This document shows positions 9,142 to 19,400 of a stretch of DNA of 63,736 nt, one piece after another. Each line of letters starts with the position of its first letter. Within the stretch, counting starts at the first letter, position 1. The translations under genes and the position numbers were made by a program. Source of the DNA: a virus (Duplodnaviria > Caudoviricetes); the IMG/VR virus record IMGVR_UViG_3300037467_001854, positions 1 to 63,736 of that record. One strand, written 5' to 3'. The notes beneath the pieces are model-generated. The model did no database searches and had not been told where the DNA came from. It was given only the letters and a program-made list of their open reading frames with translations.

Positions 9142-9804
9142 ATGCTTGCGAGCGACATCAAGAGCCGTGTGAGGGACATTACCGGCGATGCCGATGGCGA
9201 CCGCTGGCTTGACCCGGAACTCTTCCGCTGGATGAGCGATGCCCAGCTCTTCATCGGCATCTACCGTCCGGACGCCATTTCCCGCCTGATCGATTTCACC
9301 TGTGTGGAGGGCGCGAAGCAGGAGCTTCCTGCCGACTGCGTCCGCCTGCTCGACATCGCCAGCCAGACCTCTGGCCGCGAGGTCACCTTCATCGATCCCG
9401 CGGTGCTGGCCATCCAGGATCCGAAGTGGCGCACCCGCTCGTCTTCGGATGACATCAAGCACTTCACCTACGACAACCGCCTGCCGCGCGTCTTCCTGAC
9501 GTTCCCGCCGGCGAAGGCCGGCACCCACATCGAGCTGATCGCCTCCGTGCTGCCGACCGACGTTACCGCCGACGCCCAGGTGCTGGACATCGCCGACATC
9601 TACCGCGAGGCCGTCGTGTCCTACGTCTGCTTCCGCTGCTACTGCAAGGACGTCGAGGCGAACCCGCAGGCGGCGTCGCTGCATCTGCAGGCGCTGTCCG
9701 CGACGCTGGGCATCAAGCTGCAGAAGGATGCCGCGTTCCAGCCGCAGTTCTATAACCGCAGCTCGCTGCCCAGCGGGCCTGCCATCCAGGGAGGCGGCGT
9801 ATGA
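9142..9804 (+). CDS. Head-to-tail adaptor-like protein
   Basis: Position after MCP; RWLDPELFRWMSDAQ N-terminus typical of adaptors. Confidence 0.65.
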   Translation: MLASDIKSRVRDITGDADGDRWLDPELFRWMSDAQLFIGIYRPDAISRLIDFTCVEGAKQELPADCVRLLDIASQTSGREVTFIDPAVLAIQDPKWRTRSSSDDIKHFTYDNRLPRVFLTFPPAKAGTHIELIASVLPTDVTADAQVLDIADIYREAVVSYVCFRCYCKDVEANPQAASLHLQALSATLGIKLQKDAAFQPQFYNRSSLPSGPAIQGGGV

Positions 9805-10457
9805 AGCTGCTCGAGGACTTCTACCCGTATGTGCGCCCGTTCGCGCCGGGAGCCTCTGACCTGCTGCTCGAGCAGTATGTCCGCGACGCCTGCATCGAGC
9901 TGGCCACCCGCAGCCACATCATCAAGGCCGACCTCGACCCGATCACCGTCATCGACGGGATCCTGCAGTACGAATGGGATCAGCCGGAGCAGCAGCGGGT
10001 GCTGATGGTCTACCGCGCGTTCTACGGCGACGCCCGCCTGATCGTCCACGGGGTCGACAGCCCCGCGTTCGGCGCGCCGTCGTTCGGCAACAGCTACTTC
10101 GCCGGCGCCAGCGTCCCGACCGGAACGCCGCGCGTGCTGCGCCAGCTCGGCGACATCGGCTTCGTGCTGGACTCGGCTCCCGCGCAGGTCGGCGAAATCA
10201 TGATGACCGTGCATGCCGCGCTCAAGCCGGATCGCAAATGCTCGCGCGTGGATGACATGCTCTTCGAGGACTACGCCAACGACATCGCCCTCGGCGCGGC
10301 CAGCAAGATCCTGATGATCCCCGGGCAGGCCTTCTCCAACCCATCGCTCGCTGCAGGCTACGGCTCGCTGTTCAACGCCGCCTGCGAAGCCGCCAAGCTC
10401 CGCGCCGCCCAGACCTACGGTCGGCCCGAAATGCAAGTCCAGTTCAACCGCATCTGA
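9801..10457 (+). CDS. Second adaptor / tail tubular-like protein
   Basis: ATGA overlap; synteny with the head module. Confidence 0.6.
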   Translation: MKLLEDFYPYVRPFAPGASDLLLEQYVRDACIELATRSHIIKADLDPITVIDGILQYEWDQPEQQRVLMVYRAFYGDARLIVHGVDSPAFGAPSFGNSYFAGASVPTGTPRVLRQLGDIGFVLDSAPAQVGEIMMTVHAALKPDRKCSRVDDMLFEDYANDIALGAASKILMIPGQAFSNPSLAAGYGSLFNAACEAAKLRAAQTYGRPEMQVQFNRI

Positions 10458-10465
10458 GGACGCCA

Positions 10466-11740
10466 ATGTCTATCCCAACTCGCACCATGATCGGTCGGTA
10501 CAACGGCGCCGATGGCAATCCCATCGTCGACGCGATCCTGACCGCAACGCTGGTGGGCGTGTCCACCTACAACGGCTTCGTGCTGCCGAAGACCATCACC
10601 GCGCGCTCTGACTCGGAAGGCTGGGCGCTGCTGCACCTGTGGCCGAACATCCTCGGCTCGGTGCCCAGCTACTACAAGTTCAGCGTCCTCGACGTCAAGA
10701 CCGGCAAGAGCTACAAGTTCAACGCCGTCGTGCCCGACTACGACACCTACCTCGACCTGCTGGCCCACATCGATCCCGAGGGCGATTACATGGGGGCAGG
10801 GGATCCGAACCCGCTGCCCGGAACGCCGGGGGCGTCGGCATCGATCCAGGTCGGCACCGTCGAATCCGTGCCCTATACCGAGAACGCCGAGATCACGAAC
10901 CGCGGCACCCTCGTCGATGCGATCTTCGACTTCAAGATCCCGCGCGGCGCGCCGGGGCTGAACGGCACCGGGACGATGGTGGTCGGCGCGGTCGAGACCC
11001 TGCCGCCGGGATCGCAGGCCACGGTGACGAACGTCGGCACCGGCGACAAGGCAGTCCTGAACTTCGGCATCCCGCAGGGCGAGCCTGGCCCGACCACGGT
11101 GGTGGACGGCAATGGCGACCTGATCTACGGCGTCCCGGCCGGCGGCACCACCGGCCAGGTGCTGATGAAGAACAGCGACAACGATTACTCCATGGTCTGG
11201 GCGACGGTTGCGACCGGTGGCGGCACGGGCAGCACCAGCGTGGCCGACCAGTTCATCGGCAGCTATCCGTGGGAAGGCGTCGTGACGAGCGACCCGGGTG
11301 TGACGTTCGATGCGACCACCCTCACCGAGTACAAGGCAGCGATCGCCGCAGCGGCCTCCGGCAGCAAGCGCCTCGCCGGCGCGCAGGCCGTGCAAGCGGC
11401 CATGGGCACGGCCCAGCGCCTGACGCTCAAACGCGATGGAACGGTGGTGCTCACCGCAGAATACACCGGCCAGATGCCCATCTATAACGATGGCACCCAG
11501 ATCGGTGTGAACCACAGCACGATCTCGTCGGTTTCGAACATCGCGACCGCGGATCTCGACACCGGCACCTGGACTGCGGAGCTGTCCGGCGGCGCCAACT
11601 ATGCGCGGCTGATCATGATGACTCTCGGCGTTGTCGGCTCGGGCAAACAACTCGCCCTGTCTGCCGATACCGCGCAGGGGATGGGCCTCAATCCGACCTT
11701 CAACATCATCGTCCCGCGCAGCGTGGACGGCCTCGCATAA
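10466..11740 (+). CDS. Tail fibre / RBP anchor protein
   Basis: Repeated GTVETLP-x-GS-x-ATVTN...FGIP-x-G modules and a GGTTGQVL-x-K motif of fibre shafts. Confidence 0.65.
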   Translation: MSIPTRTMIGRYNGADGNPIVDAILTATLVGVSTYNGFVLPKTITARSDSEGWALLHLWPNILGSVPSYYKFSVLDVKTGKSYKFNAVVPDYDTYLDLLAHIDPEGDYMGAGDPNPLPGTPGASASIQVGTVESVPYTENAEITNRGTLVDAIFDFKIPRGAPGLNGTGTMVVGAVETLPPGSQATVTNVGTGDKAVLNFGIPQGEPGPTTVVDGNGDLIYGVPAGGTTGQVLMKNSDNDYSMVWATVATGGGTGSTSVADQFIGSYPWEGVVTSDPGVTFDATTLTEYKAAIAAAASGSKRLAGAQAVQAAMGTAQRLTLKRDGTVVLTAEYTGQMPIYNDGTQIGVNHSTISSVSNIATADLDTGTWTAELSGGANYARLIMMTLGVVGSGKQLALSADTAQGMGLNPTFNIIVPRSVDGLA

Positions 11741-11749
11741 GGGCACAGC

Positions 11750-13756
11750 ATGGCAACCAACACCCTTCGTCCCGTTGCCACGGATTCGGGCAGCAGCTAC
11801 CCGCTTCGCGGCGACATGGGCGTGGCCCTGGATTTCGTCCCGCCGTCGAACAAGTTCAAGCTCGAGTTCGTCACCGAGGACTCCAACGTCTACGTCCTGA
11901 CCTCCAACTCCGCCCCGTTCGTCCAGCTCGATGGCACCATCAAGCCCAGCCTGTCGATCGGCGGCGCGATGAACCTGTACATCAAGGTGATGTACGACAC
12001 GAAGCGCAAGGCGTGGAAGGTCACCGCGAACAACCTCGCCGGCGGCAACGGCGGATCCTCGCAGCCTGGCCCCGCCGGCGCAGCGGCGACCGTCAAGGTC
12101 GGCACCGTCACCACGCTGCCCGCGGGAAGCGAGGCAACCGTCACCAACAGCGGCACCAGCTCGGACGCCGTCCTCGACTTCGGCATTCCCGAGGGCGAGC
12201 AGGGTCTGCCGGGAACCTCCGGCCAGACGCTGCCTGACGGCGGCAGCGCGGGACAGGTGCTGACGAAGACTGGCCCTGCCTCCACCGACGTCGCATGGGC
12301 AGCGCCCACCGGTGGCGCGGGCAGCTCCAGCGGCGGACGGCGCGCCGAAGTGCGCGTCCAGCCGGATGCGAACGGCGTGGTGACCCTCGACGGCGCCGTG
12401 TCCGACACCTTCGCCGTGGTCGCGACCATGCCGATCACCTTCGCCAATCCGGTCAACTTCTCCAGCGCGGACGAGATCATCGTCACGGCGAAGCAGGATG
12501 ACACGGGCGGGCGCACCTTCAAGTTCGGCCTCGACTACCTGCTGCCGAATGCGCAGCCTTATGCACCGCCGGCCGATCCGGGCGCGATCTGCCAGATGCG
12601 GATTAAGGGCACGGACATCAACGATTCGCTGCAGTGGATCCTGAAGGGCGATCCGGACAAGAACGTCACCCGCGGCTACGGCCCCGTGACCGAGCTGGTC
12701 CAGATCGGCACCGACAAGTACTACACGCTGGCCGATGCATGGAATGCGTTCCAGCCCGGGCAGACCGCCATCATCCTGCGCAACGGCCTGTCGGCCGAGG
12801 CCACGGCGACGAAGTACGGCACCGGCACGCAGGTCTACTACATCTTCGGCAAGGCCGTGGCGTCCAACGGCAGCGACCAGCGTCCGCACCTGACCCTGCT
12901 GCAGTTCGACTACGGCACCGGCGGCGCGAACCGTCCGTCCTACGAGAAGGCGATCCTGAACTTCGAGGGCGACGGCGGCACCTTCAACATCCGCGACCTC
13001 GTCGTGGAGGGCGCTCGCAACACCGGCGGCGACGCGCGCGGCATCTGTCCGAACGGCGGCGTGTCCCTGAACGTAAACAACGTCCGGATCACCAACTGCA
13101 ACAACGGCATGCTGTGGGGGAACACGGATTTCACCGGCACGATCCGCCTCACCGACTGCGACCTCGATGCGAACGGTCTGGGCACGAACGGCGCCGGCGA
13201 CGGCTTCAGCCACAACATCTACGCCGGCCACAACAACCAGTCCTGGTATGCGCTGCGCACCAGCTTCCATAACGCGGTCAAGGGCCACAACGTCAAGTCG
13301 CGCGCGGCCTATACCGAGCTCAAGCAGTGCCTGATCGAGAACAGCCGGGAGGGCAGGGAAGTCGAGCTGCCGAACGGCGGAAGCCTCCTCGTCGAGGACT
13401 CGATCATCCACAAGTTCGGCGACGCGATGCAGAACGACATGGTGCGGATCGGCGACGAGGGCGTGGACACCGGACGCCCGCGTTCCTACATCTTCCGGCG
13501 CGTGCGCTTCATCTGCGATCTGGTCGACGGCAAGGACGCGACCTTCATCTGGAACCAGGATCCGGACGTCGATGTGATCTGCGAGGACTGCATCTTCGAA
13601 GGCACCGCGGCGCTGAACAACCAGAGCGATGGCGGATCGGGCCTCACCACGATCAACGGTCTGCGCGGCCGCGTGACTGTCACCACCACCGGCGGGCCGG
13701 TTGGGCCGCAGGGCCAGGTGGGCTACGTCGCAATCCCGATGACCCCTGTTGCATAA
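11750..13756 (+). CDS. Tailspike-like protein with predicted right-handed beta-helix (putative depolymerase)
   Basis: Same shaft module as the previous gene; C-terminal Asn/Gly-rich beta-helix-like repeats (GFSHNIY, GHNVKSRA). Confidence 0.7.
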   Translation: MATNTLRPVATDSGSSYPLRGDMGVALDFVPPSNKFKLEFVTEDSNVYVLTSNSAPFVQLDGTIKPSLSIGGAMNLYIKVMYDTKRKAWKVTANNLAGGNGGSSQPGPAGAAATVKVGTVTTLPAGSEATVTNSGTSSDAVLDFGIPEGEQGLPGTSGQTLPDGGSAGQVLTKTGPASTDVAWAAPTGGAGSSSGGRRAEVRVQPDANGVVTLDGAVSDTFAVVATMPITFANPVNFSSADEIIVTAKQDDTGGRTFKFGLDYLLPNAQPYAPPADPGAICQMRIKGTDINDSLQWILKGDPDKNVTRGYGPVTELVQIGTDKYYTLADAWNAFQPGQTAIILRNGLSAEATATKYGTGTQVYYIFGKAVASNGSDQRPHLTLLQFDYGTGGANRPSYEKAILNFEGDGGTFNIRDLVVEGARNTGGDARGICPNGGVSLNVNNVRITNCNNGMLWGNTDFTGTIRLTDCDLDANGLGTNGAGDGFSHNIYAGHNNQSWYALRTSFHNAVKGHNVKSRAAYTELKQCLIENSREGREVELPNGGSLLVEDSIIHKFGDAMQNDMVRIGDEGVDTGRPRSYIFRRVRFICDLVDGKDATFIWNQDPDVDVICEDCIFEGTAALNNQSDGGSGLTTINGLRGRVTVTTTGGPVGPQGQVGYVAIPMTPVA

Positions 13757-13765
13757 GGAACCTCC

Positions 13766-16420
13766 ATGTCTCTCTCCTGCAATCCCGAACTGCGCGCTCT
13801 GCTCAATGCCGCTGCCAACAAACTGGCATGGGTGGACGCGCTGAACACGGCGATGGGCAACGTCCGCACCATCCGCTGCTTCCGCGACAGCGACCCGAAC
13901 GCGGCGAATCCGTTCGCCACCGGCGTCGAGTTCCGCAACGTCACCTCGACCGGCGCGCTGACCACGGCGGCGGGACAGGTGACCGGCCTCGGCCAGCTCA
14001 AGGGAACGGCCATCGCCACCGCTGCGGACATGTCGACCGGGAAGTCGATCCTGCGCATCGAGGGCAACGGCCACTGGCTGCAGGGTACGCTGGGCCTGTC
14101 CAAGGAAGCGCAGATGGCCATGGGCGCGACGGCCGACCAGGTCAAGAGCTACGACTTCACGGTCAGCGGCAACTTCACGGCGAACAACGGCCTCGGCGTG
14201 CGCGCCGGCCTCGCGATCTCCGGCCCGCGCTTCCTGCCCTCCGGCACCGGCCCTGCCGCGCCGGACGTCACCGCGGATCCGGACGCGCCGTATTCCTTCG
14301 AGGTCTGGAACTGGGAAAACGAGAATGCCCCGTTCCTCGTCGGCACCACGATCCTCGACCGCCGCGACGATGACTTCGTCTACGAGGATGCGGACATCGC
14401 CAGCGAGAAGGGCGATATCGCGGTCTGGCAGACCACCTCCGGCGTGCTGCACTGGCAGCATGAGTTCGGCTTCACGCTGCTGGCCTCGCATGCCGGCAAT
14501 ACCGAATCCGGCACCAAGCCGCTGTACCAGGTAATCGGCGCCGCCGCGGTGCGCGCGGACTGGACGGGCTACCCGCGCGACACCTACTGGGACAAGAGCA
14601 AGCACACCGCCTTCCCGAAGCCGTTCAAGGTGGTCATGAAGAATAAGGCCGGCACGGTGCTGCATACCTTCGAGATGCACGACGGCCTGCCGATCAACAG
14701 CCCGCAATGCTCGCAGACCCGCTCGACCACCGCCGCGCTGCGGCCGCACTGGGACACCGCGCAGCAGCTCGTCTGGGTCAACGAGACCCCGAGCCGCAGC
14801 ACCCAGATCGAGCGCTGGTACGCCGGCCTGGATGACCGTTTCCTGCGTCCATCGATCGCGAAGAAGAACTACGCCTTCAACGGCGTGGAGCCGCTCATCA
14901 CCGGCGGCTATCAGGGCAACAACATGAACGGCCTGCACCACATGTTCGCGACGCCGCAGTGGCCGCTGCCGGATGTGGACTTCCAGCCGGACGATCCGTA
15001 CCTGGATGACTTCAACGCCCGCTGGCCACCGCATGCCAATAGCTGGGACGGCTGGGGCTACGAGCCGGGTTCGTTCTCCCAGCACAACCGCTACACCGGC
15101 CCGGGCGGCGTCCGCCAGGATCGCGGCTTCATCCCGTCGATCCTCGCCTACTACATCACCACCCCGGCCGGCAACCGGATCTCGGGCAACGTGCCGTGGA
15201 AGACGGTCGCATGGGAATTCTGCATGGCCTATGCGAACCACTCCGGCCACTGGGTCACGAACCCGAACACGCTGCAGCTCGCGGACACCACGCGCCAGCT
15301 CTTCGACGGCACCTGGCTGATGTCGCACGAGTACTACTCGAGCCACTACTACGCCAACCCGAATCAGATCGATGTGCGCGCGGACATGCGCGACGGCGAC
15401 AACGACACGCACCGCGACTACACCGGCCACTTCGTGTGGAACGGTTCCGGCCGCGATGGCCTGCACATGTACTGCCAGGCCGGCTGGGCCTCGCTGATCT
15501 TCAACAGCCCGATGCATACGCTGATGGGCAAGTGGGACGCCTTCTACGCGCTCAAGGGCGGCGCCGGCAACTGGGATCCACACGAGAACTTCATGGTGCG
15601 CTCGATGGCGTGGATCTGGCTGCACTTCGCCATCATGTGGAAGCTGTCCTCGAAGCACCGCCTCGGCATCGACCGTGCGCTGATCGAGGAGCTGTTCAGC
15701 AACCATCTGCTGCGCGTGTACGAGGATCTCTACGTTCCCATCGAGGTCAACAACGAGCAGAGCCTGTACGCCGAGGGCATCCGCAAGCTGGGCACGCACT
15801 TCCAGATCAACAACGGCAAGACGGAGGACGCCGGCGGCGGACTGGGCTATTACATCGCCCATGTGATGATGCTGATGAAGCAGACGGGCTTCTGGCAGGC
15901 CATGTACAACAAGGGCGGGCACTGCAAGACCGCGCTGGATTACCAGATCACGGTGATGGATCGGAAGTACGTTTCCTACATCGCCGACACCTCCGCGGCG
16001 ATCTGGCACGCCGGCTACCAGAACTTCCCCGATGGCGATCCGGTGCCGACCGACTGGACGGACTACGTCAACAAGTACACCGACTGGACGTACCAGATGC
16101 GCGACTCCAGCGGGAACATCAATGCCTACGGCGTGGGCGGGCAGGCCGACATGTTCCATGGCCCTGACGGCAGCGTGTGGGCGGAGCGCGACGTGGCAGT
16201 ATGGCCCGCGGTGTCGTATGTCTACATCCGGCGCGACTACTTCCCCGAGTACGCGAACCCGAGAGTGGCGACCGCCTGCGCGAAGCTGGACAACTGGCTG
16301 GCGGCAGTGAAGAGCAACGTCGATGCCGGCGCCAACGAAGCCGAGAAGCGCAGCCGCGACCACACCTACGCATGGGGCGCAATCGCGCCGCTGAAAGCGC
16401 CGGCCAAAGTCGGTCCTTGA
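13766..16420 (+). CDS. Large virion-associated protein, possible glycan-degrading enzyme
   Basis: 884 aa, aromatic-rich; N-terminus resembles the C-terminal domain of 10466-11740. Confidence 0.55.
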   Translation: MSLSCNPELRALLNAAANKLAWVDALNTAMGNVRTIRCFRDSDPNAANPFATGVEFRNVTSTGALTTAAGQVTGLGQLKGTAIATAADMSTGKSILRIEGNGHWLQGTLGLSKEAQMAMGATADQVKSYDFTVSGNFTANNGLGVRAGLAISGPRFLPSGTGPAAPDVTADPDAPYSFEVWNWENENAPFLVGTTILDRRDDDFVYEDADIASEKGDIAVWQTTSGVLHWQHEFGFTLLASHAGNTESGTKPLYQVIGAAAVRADWTGYPRDTYWDKSKHTAFPKPFKVVMKNKAGTVLHTFEMHDGLPINSPQCSQTRSTTAALRPHWDTAQQLVWVNETPSRSTQIERWYAGLDDRFLRPSIAKKNYAFNGVEPLITGGYQGNNMNGLHHMFATPQWPLPDVDFQPDDPYLDDFNARWPPHANSWDGWGYEPGSFSQHNRYTGPGGVRQDRGFIPSILAYYITTPAGNRISGNVPWKTVAWEFCMAYANHSGHWVTNPNTLQLADTTRQLFDGTWLMSHEYYSSHYYANPNQIDVRADMRDGDNDTHRDYTGHFVWNGSGRDGLHMYCQAGWASLIFNSPMHTLMGKWDAFYALKGGAGNWDPHENFMVRSMAWIWLHFAIMWKLSSKHRLGIDRALIEELFSNHLLRVYEDLYVPIEVNNEQSLYAEGIRKLGTHFQINNGKTEDAGGGLGYYIAHVMMLMKQTGFWQAMYNKGGHCKTALDYQITVMDRKYVSYIADTSAAIWHAGYQNFPDGDPVPTDWTDYVNKYTDWTYQMRDSSGNINAYGVGGQADMFHGPDGSVWAERDVAVWPAVSYVYIRRDYFPEYANPRVATACAKLDNWLAAVKSNVDAGANEAEKRSRDHTYAWGAIAPLKAPAKVGP

Positions 16421-16433
16421 ACGAGGAACTTAG

Positions 16434-19400
16434 ATGACCACTATCAACACTAGCAATGCCCTCGGTGCCAAGCTGCTGCACTACCTGCCGCTGAACGGCA
16501 CCGAAGGAGACATCGCCGCCGGCCAGAGCTACACGCTGAACTCGGGCGGCTCGTTCGTCAATGACCCCGCCTACGGCACCGTCCTGCAGGGCAACGGCGC
16601 TGACGCGGCGCTGTGGATGGGCACCTTCGACAACTCGAGCGTCAACGCCATCACGTTCGCCTTCCGCCTGTACATCTCCGCGGACAACGACGCCGGTGTG
16701 GCATTCGAGGTCGGCCAGCCCTACGAGAGCGCATGGGGCGGTCTGCAGTTCATGCCGCAGGCCGGCGATGGCGGCATGTGGTTCTGGGCCAATAACAACG
16801 CGGGTGGTGGCGGCGGATACCATTTCCCGCGTCCGTCTGTGGGCTGGCACGACTTCATCATTTCGGTCGATGGCGATGCGGGCACCAGCTACCTGAAGAT
16901 GACCATCGACGGGGTCAACGTCGCGCCAGACAGCGGCAGCGACGGCACCACCGGCAACCGCGGCAACAACCCGCTGCGCCTGCTGTATCGCACCGACACG
17001 CCGATCTATGCGGACGAAGGGCCGATGTCGACCTTCATGGTGTTCTCCGGCGTCCTGTCCGATGCGGAGCGCACCAGCCTGCACGGCGACTGGAACCAGG
17101 TGGTCACCTCGGACGCGCCGCCGGCCACCGCGCCGGCCTTCGCCAGCGCCATCGCCGACAACCTTTCCGGCAACGGCGTCTACGTCGACTTCGATGCGGC
17201 GATCTTCGACTGGAACGCCGATGCGACCAAGAAGCCGGCAACGTCCGCCTTCACGGTCACCGGCTCCGTCACCGGCGCGCATGCCTTCACCGGCATGAGC
17301 TGGGATGCATCGATCGGCAAGATCCGCCTGTACGGCACCAACGCCTTCGAGGCCGGCGAGACCATCACCGTGTCCTATGCCGCGCCGACCGATGGCACTG
17401 GCGTTTTCGACGCCACCGGCGCCGCAGCGGTCGCCTCGTTCGGCCCCGAGCCCGCGTCGAACAACGTGCAGGCCGGCGGCGCATCCGGCTATGCCTACCG
17501 CTTCCACCGGCTCGTCGTGCTGGCCACCAACGGCAGCTACAACAACCAGTGGTCGGCGCAGGAGCTGGAGCTGCGCTCCGCCCCGGGCGGCGTGGATCTG
17601 ACCACCCCGACGTCGCCGATCACGGCCAGCACCGAGAACACCCAGTACGGCGAGGTGGCCACGAACCTGCTGGACAACAACCCGACCGGCGGCAATCCGT
17701 ATTCCTCGGACTTCAACTACAACGCGCCGCATACGCTGACCATCGATCTCGGCTTCGCGCAGGAGGTCAAGGAGCTGGCGATCTGGCCGCAGGTTTCCAC
17801 CGACACCGCCATGGTGACCGGACGCCTGCCGAAGGATTTCGACTACCTCGCCTCGGACAGCGCCACCGGCCCGTTCGTGCTGCTGCACAGCTACCGCGGC
17901 TTCACCGGCTGGAACCTCGGCGGCGTGAACACGTTCGACGTCAGCGCGCAGGTTGCGACCGCCGTGACCGTGAGCGGCCCGACCTCGGGCGGCATCGGCG
18001 ATTCGCAGCTCTTCACCCTGCAGGCCAACGGCGCGCTGGACGCGGACATCACCGTGACCGTCGCCACCTCTGGCACTTCGAATCCGTCGCAGGATGTCGT
18101 GATCGCGAAGGGCACCGGACAGGCGACCTTCTACATCACCACGACCTCGGCCGGCACCACCACGCTGCACTTCAGCTCCGCCAGCTCGCTGGCCATGCCG
18201 GCGGATCAGACCTACGTCAGCGTGACGAACCTGCTGCGCACCTGGGGCTCCGCCGGCGATGACTTCCCGAACCTCGATGCCGCCATCGACTGGGCCAACA
18301 CCCAGGATCCGGCCGGCTCGCGCATGGACGTCATCCTCGAGGGCTCGGTGATGGCCGCGACCGCCAGCAAGTCGCTCGGCAACGCGAATTCCAGCTCGGA
18401 CTACCGTTTCATCATCCGGCCGCGCGCAGATCTGCGCCACAACTACAACGCCGCCACCGCAGCGCTGTATCCGTCCATGGCGGGTGCGACTCTGACGCTG
18501 GGCAACGGCAGCAACCTCGGCCTCGCGCGCGGCACCGTGATCGAGGATTACAAGCTGGATCTGCAGTCCACCGGCGCAATCTGGAACAACCGGGACTACC
18601 CGGAGCTGGAGCCGGAGTTCCGCCGCTGCATCATCCGTATCGGCGCGACCGATGCGATCAACGTGTCTGCATGGCAGAAGATGATCGCCAACGACTGCCT
18701 CGTCTACACCGATGTGGCGATCTCGCGCATGATCAACACGGCATGGGACTTCAGCGCCTACCGTTCCACCTTCGTGGTTCTCCCGGGCGGCTCGTGCGAC
18801 AGCGTGATGAACCAGGCATGGGGTGGTTCGAACTTCGAGGACAGCGCGTTCTACAACTTCAACACCACGCCTGTGACCGGCAACGTCAAGAACTGCTACA
18901 CCGGCTCAATGTACGGCGTCATGAATGGGCTGCAGGCGGTGACCGCGGCCGACATGTTCGTCGACATCAATAGCAACCTGCGCGCGGGCAGCGCCCTCAA
19001 GGGGCTCGGATCGCAAGGTTCGATCTCCACGCTGGACGTCCTCGGCAACAACCGCGGCCTGACCCCTGACGTCGGCGCCGGCCAGCAGGTCGCCGCGACC
19101 CCGCTCGTCGTATCCGAGATCACGAGCCAGCCGGCCGTCGACGGCCAGACCGTGGTTCTGTCTGGCACCTACAGTGGCACCGTGGTTTCCGCGACCGCCA
19201 CGCTGAATCCGGATGCGGATCCGAACGGCGCGATCATGCAGGGGCCGACGCCGCTGACCTATTCGGCCGGCGCGTGGAACGTCACCTTCGACAACGTCCC
19301 GCCGGGGAACTATGCCCGCCCGCAGATCCTGTTCACCAACGACGGCGGCAGCGCGGCGGCGACCGGCGGCGGCGCGTTCGACGTCATGGGCTTCAACGGC

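Noticed and set aside
10415-16363. 1982-aa minus-strand ORF and many other long overlapping ORFs
   Set aside because: Same shadow effect; the + strand genes have RBSs, coupled starts and recognisable motifs
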